Origin: an uncultured delta proteobacterium
Lineage (GTDB): Bacteria; Myxococcota; Kuafuiibacteriia; Kuafuiibacteriales; Kuafuiibacteriaceae
Direction: 5' to 3'
DNA length: 64,000 nucleotides
Assembly: GCA_963803435.1 (NCBI GenBank)
Contig: CAWDML010000001.1
Coordinates: forward strand, 128,001 to 192,000
Made by a program: the position numbers and the translations under genes
Shown: positions 62,430 to 64,000 of the stretch, piece after piece
How the letters are laid out: each line of letters begins with the position of its first letter
Position numbering within the stretch: position 1 is the stretch's first letter
Notes under the pieces: model-generated
Seen by the model: only the letters and a program-made list of their open reading frames with translations
What the model was told of the DNA's origin: nothing
The model's database searches: none

Positions 62430-64000
62430 ATGTGGAGGTCGGCCGTGCCTTCACCCGCCCAAGTTGCGCCGGCGCTCGTGGCGATCGCGTTGACGTTTGC
62501 CGCCACCGCGCGCGGCCAGGACGCCGGATCGCCGTCCGAGCTCCAGATCCTCGAAAGCGACGTACGCGCGCTCCAGCGGATCCTCTCGGAAGAGATCCCG
62601 GAAGACGTGGAGCTCTCCACGCTGTTCGAGATGGATCTCGACGACGAGAACGAGGTCGCCCGGCGCCGCATCGCACTCGGCGAGCGGATCGAGGTGGAGA
62701 GCGGCCGGCTCCGGGAGCTGGCGGCGCGGCTCACGTCCACTGCCACGGCGGCGCGGACCGCCTCGACGGCCGCGAGCGGCACCGCGGCCGTCGATCTCCG
62801 CTCCCTCGAAGAACGGCTGAAGCCGGGGCAGCGGGACGAGCTCGAGCGCATGCGCGTGCGGGTCAAGCGCGACCAGCTGATCCTGGCGGTCCTCAACCTC
62901 GATCGCACGCAGCGGCAGGCGCTCGCGCGGGCCGAGGAGAAGCGGCAGGCGATCCACGAGGAGAAGGCCGCAGCGCACCAGGCGCGGGCCGAGGCAGAGA
63001 TCGCCGCGCGCGAGGCCGAGGAGGCCCGACGCCGGGCGCTGGAGGAGGCGCGGCAGGCCGTGTCGCGCGCGGAGAAGGCGCTGGCAAAGGAGCGGGCGCG
63101 CATCGAGTCGATGCGGGTCCAGATCGCGACGCTGCGCGCCTCGTTCGCCACCGACCGGGAGAAGGACGCTGCCCAGGCTCAGAGCATGCTGGCGCGCGAG
63201 CGGGAGCTGTCGCAGCGCGCGCTCGATCCGAACCTCGCTCCGGGCGCCGCCGACGCCCTCTATGACGAGGTCGTCGGGGTGCTGACGATCAGCCGGGGGC
63301 GGCTGAACGAAGCGCTCGGCTCGGTGATCTCCGCCAGCCGCGTGCCGGCGGTCGGTACCGAGCTCGATCTCGACGATCCGATCTATGCCGCGCTCGGCGC
63401 CAAGAAGGCCGATCTGATGACCTCGCTCGGCGAGCTCCGGACCATGGCGAAGAATCTCCGCGAGGAGGAGTCGAGCGCCCGCTGGAAGCGCACCGAGGAG
63501 GTCGCCAAGGACGTCGAGTTCCTGAATACGCTTCGCCTCGAGCTCATCGATCGCCTCTCCATGATCAAGCGCGAGTCCGTCATGGGCTTCACGCGCGAGG
63601 GCTTCGGGCAGCTGCGGCGCGAGATCCAACAGCTGACGCTGGCCGCGCGCTGGTACGTGACCAGCACGCTGCGCACGGTTCAAAACCTCGACCGGTACTT
63701 CTCCGACGTGGTCACCATCGGCAAGGCGGGCCTCTCACTCCTCAAGCTGGCGTTCCTGCTCCTGGCGCTCGTCTACACGGCCCGTCGCTACCGGGGCTGG
63801 GTCGGCCGGCTGCGCGGCGTCGCTGCCAACCGGATCCGCGGCCGGCAACTGGCGCGCTTCGTGGATCGATGGGTCCGCTTCCTCCAGCAGAACGGGTTCG
63901 CGGTGGGCGTGCTGGCGACCACCTACGTCCTCTTCGGCGTCGAGGCGGCCACGCCCGAGCTGACGCTGATCCGCAGCGTCGTCGTCGGCTACGCCTGGTA
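62430..64000 (+). CDS. Large exported coiled-coil membrane protein, possibly MscS/MscK-like (partial)
   Basis: Not in the ORF track because it runs off the window: signal peptide, long coiled coil, then TM helices from about 63720; no channel domain visible. Confidence 0.55.
   Translation, partial: MWRSAVPSPAQVAPALVAIALTFAATARGQDAGSPSELQILESDVRALQRILSEEIPEDVELSTLFEMDLDDENEVARRRIALGERIEVESGRLRELAARLTSTATAARTASTAASGTAAVDLRSLEERLKPGQRDELERMRVRVKRDQLILAVLNLDRTQRQALARAEEKRQAIHEEKAAAHQARAEAEIAAREAEEARRRALEEARQAVSRAEKALAKERARIESMRVQIATLRASFATDREKDAAQAQSMLARERELSQRALDPNLAPGAADALYDEVVGVLTISRGRLNEALGSVISASRVPAVGTELDLDDPIYAALGAKKADLMTSLGELRTMAKNLREEESSARWKRTEEVAKDVEFLNTLRLELIDRLSMIKRESVMGFTREGFGQLRREIQQLTLAARWYVTSTLRTVQNLDRYFSDVVTIGKAGLSLLKLAFLLLALVYTARRYRGWVGRLRGVAANRIRGRQLARFVDRWVRFLQQNGFAVGVLATTYVLFGVEAATPELTLIRSVVVGYAW

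Overview
High-GC bacterial chromosomal window with about 55 genes. The gene content (Ser/Thr kinase-ATPase-TPR protein, TPR-PEGA protein, sterol enzymes, lysoplasmalogenase) suggests a Myxococcota/deltaproteobacterial genome; this is inference. Housekeeping and metabolic genes: ECF sigma module, lone pntA, nth, pdxR-pdxS-pdxT, msrB, mtaB, a Na+/H+ antiporter, and iolBCDE with a HAD phosphatase and an Afu/Fbp-type ABC transporter. Most interesting parts: (1) a sterol-modification region of about 17 kb, with SnoaL/KSI-like, ERG2-like, TesI-like and SRD5A-like genes, a BPI-like lipoprotein, and a tightly coupled P450-SDR-NSDHL-ALDH-GMC operon that could be an undescribed oxidative sterol demethylation route; (2) an IS1182-derived element with about 65-bp inverted ends carrying a four-helix-bundle gene; (3) a 160-bp hairpin MITE; (4) a peptidoglycan-binding protein with a putative His/Cys protease domain followed by two paralogous HEAT genes; (5) two lectin-tailed cell-wall hydrolases. 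Four otherwise intact genes have single-base frameshifts, three at or next to CGATC, which look like sequencing artefacts. No rRNA, tRNA or CRISPR array was recognised. All family calls come from motifs recognised by eye, not from database searches.
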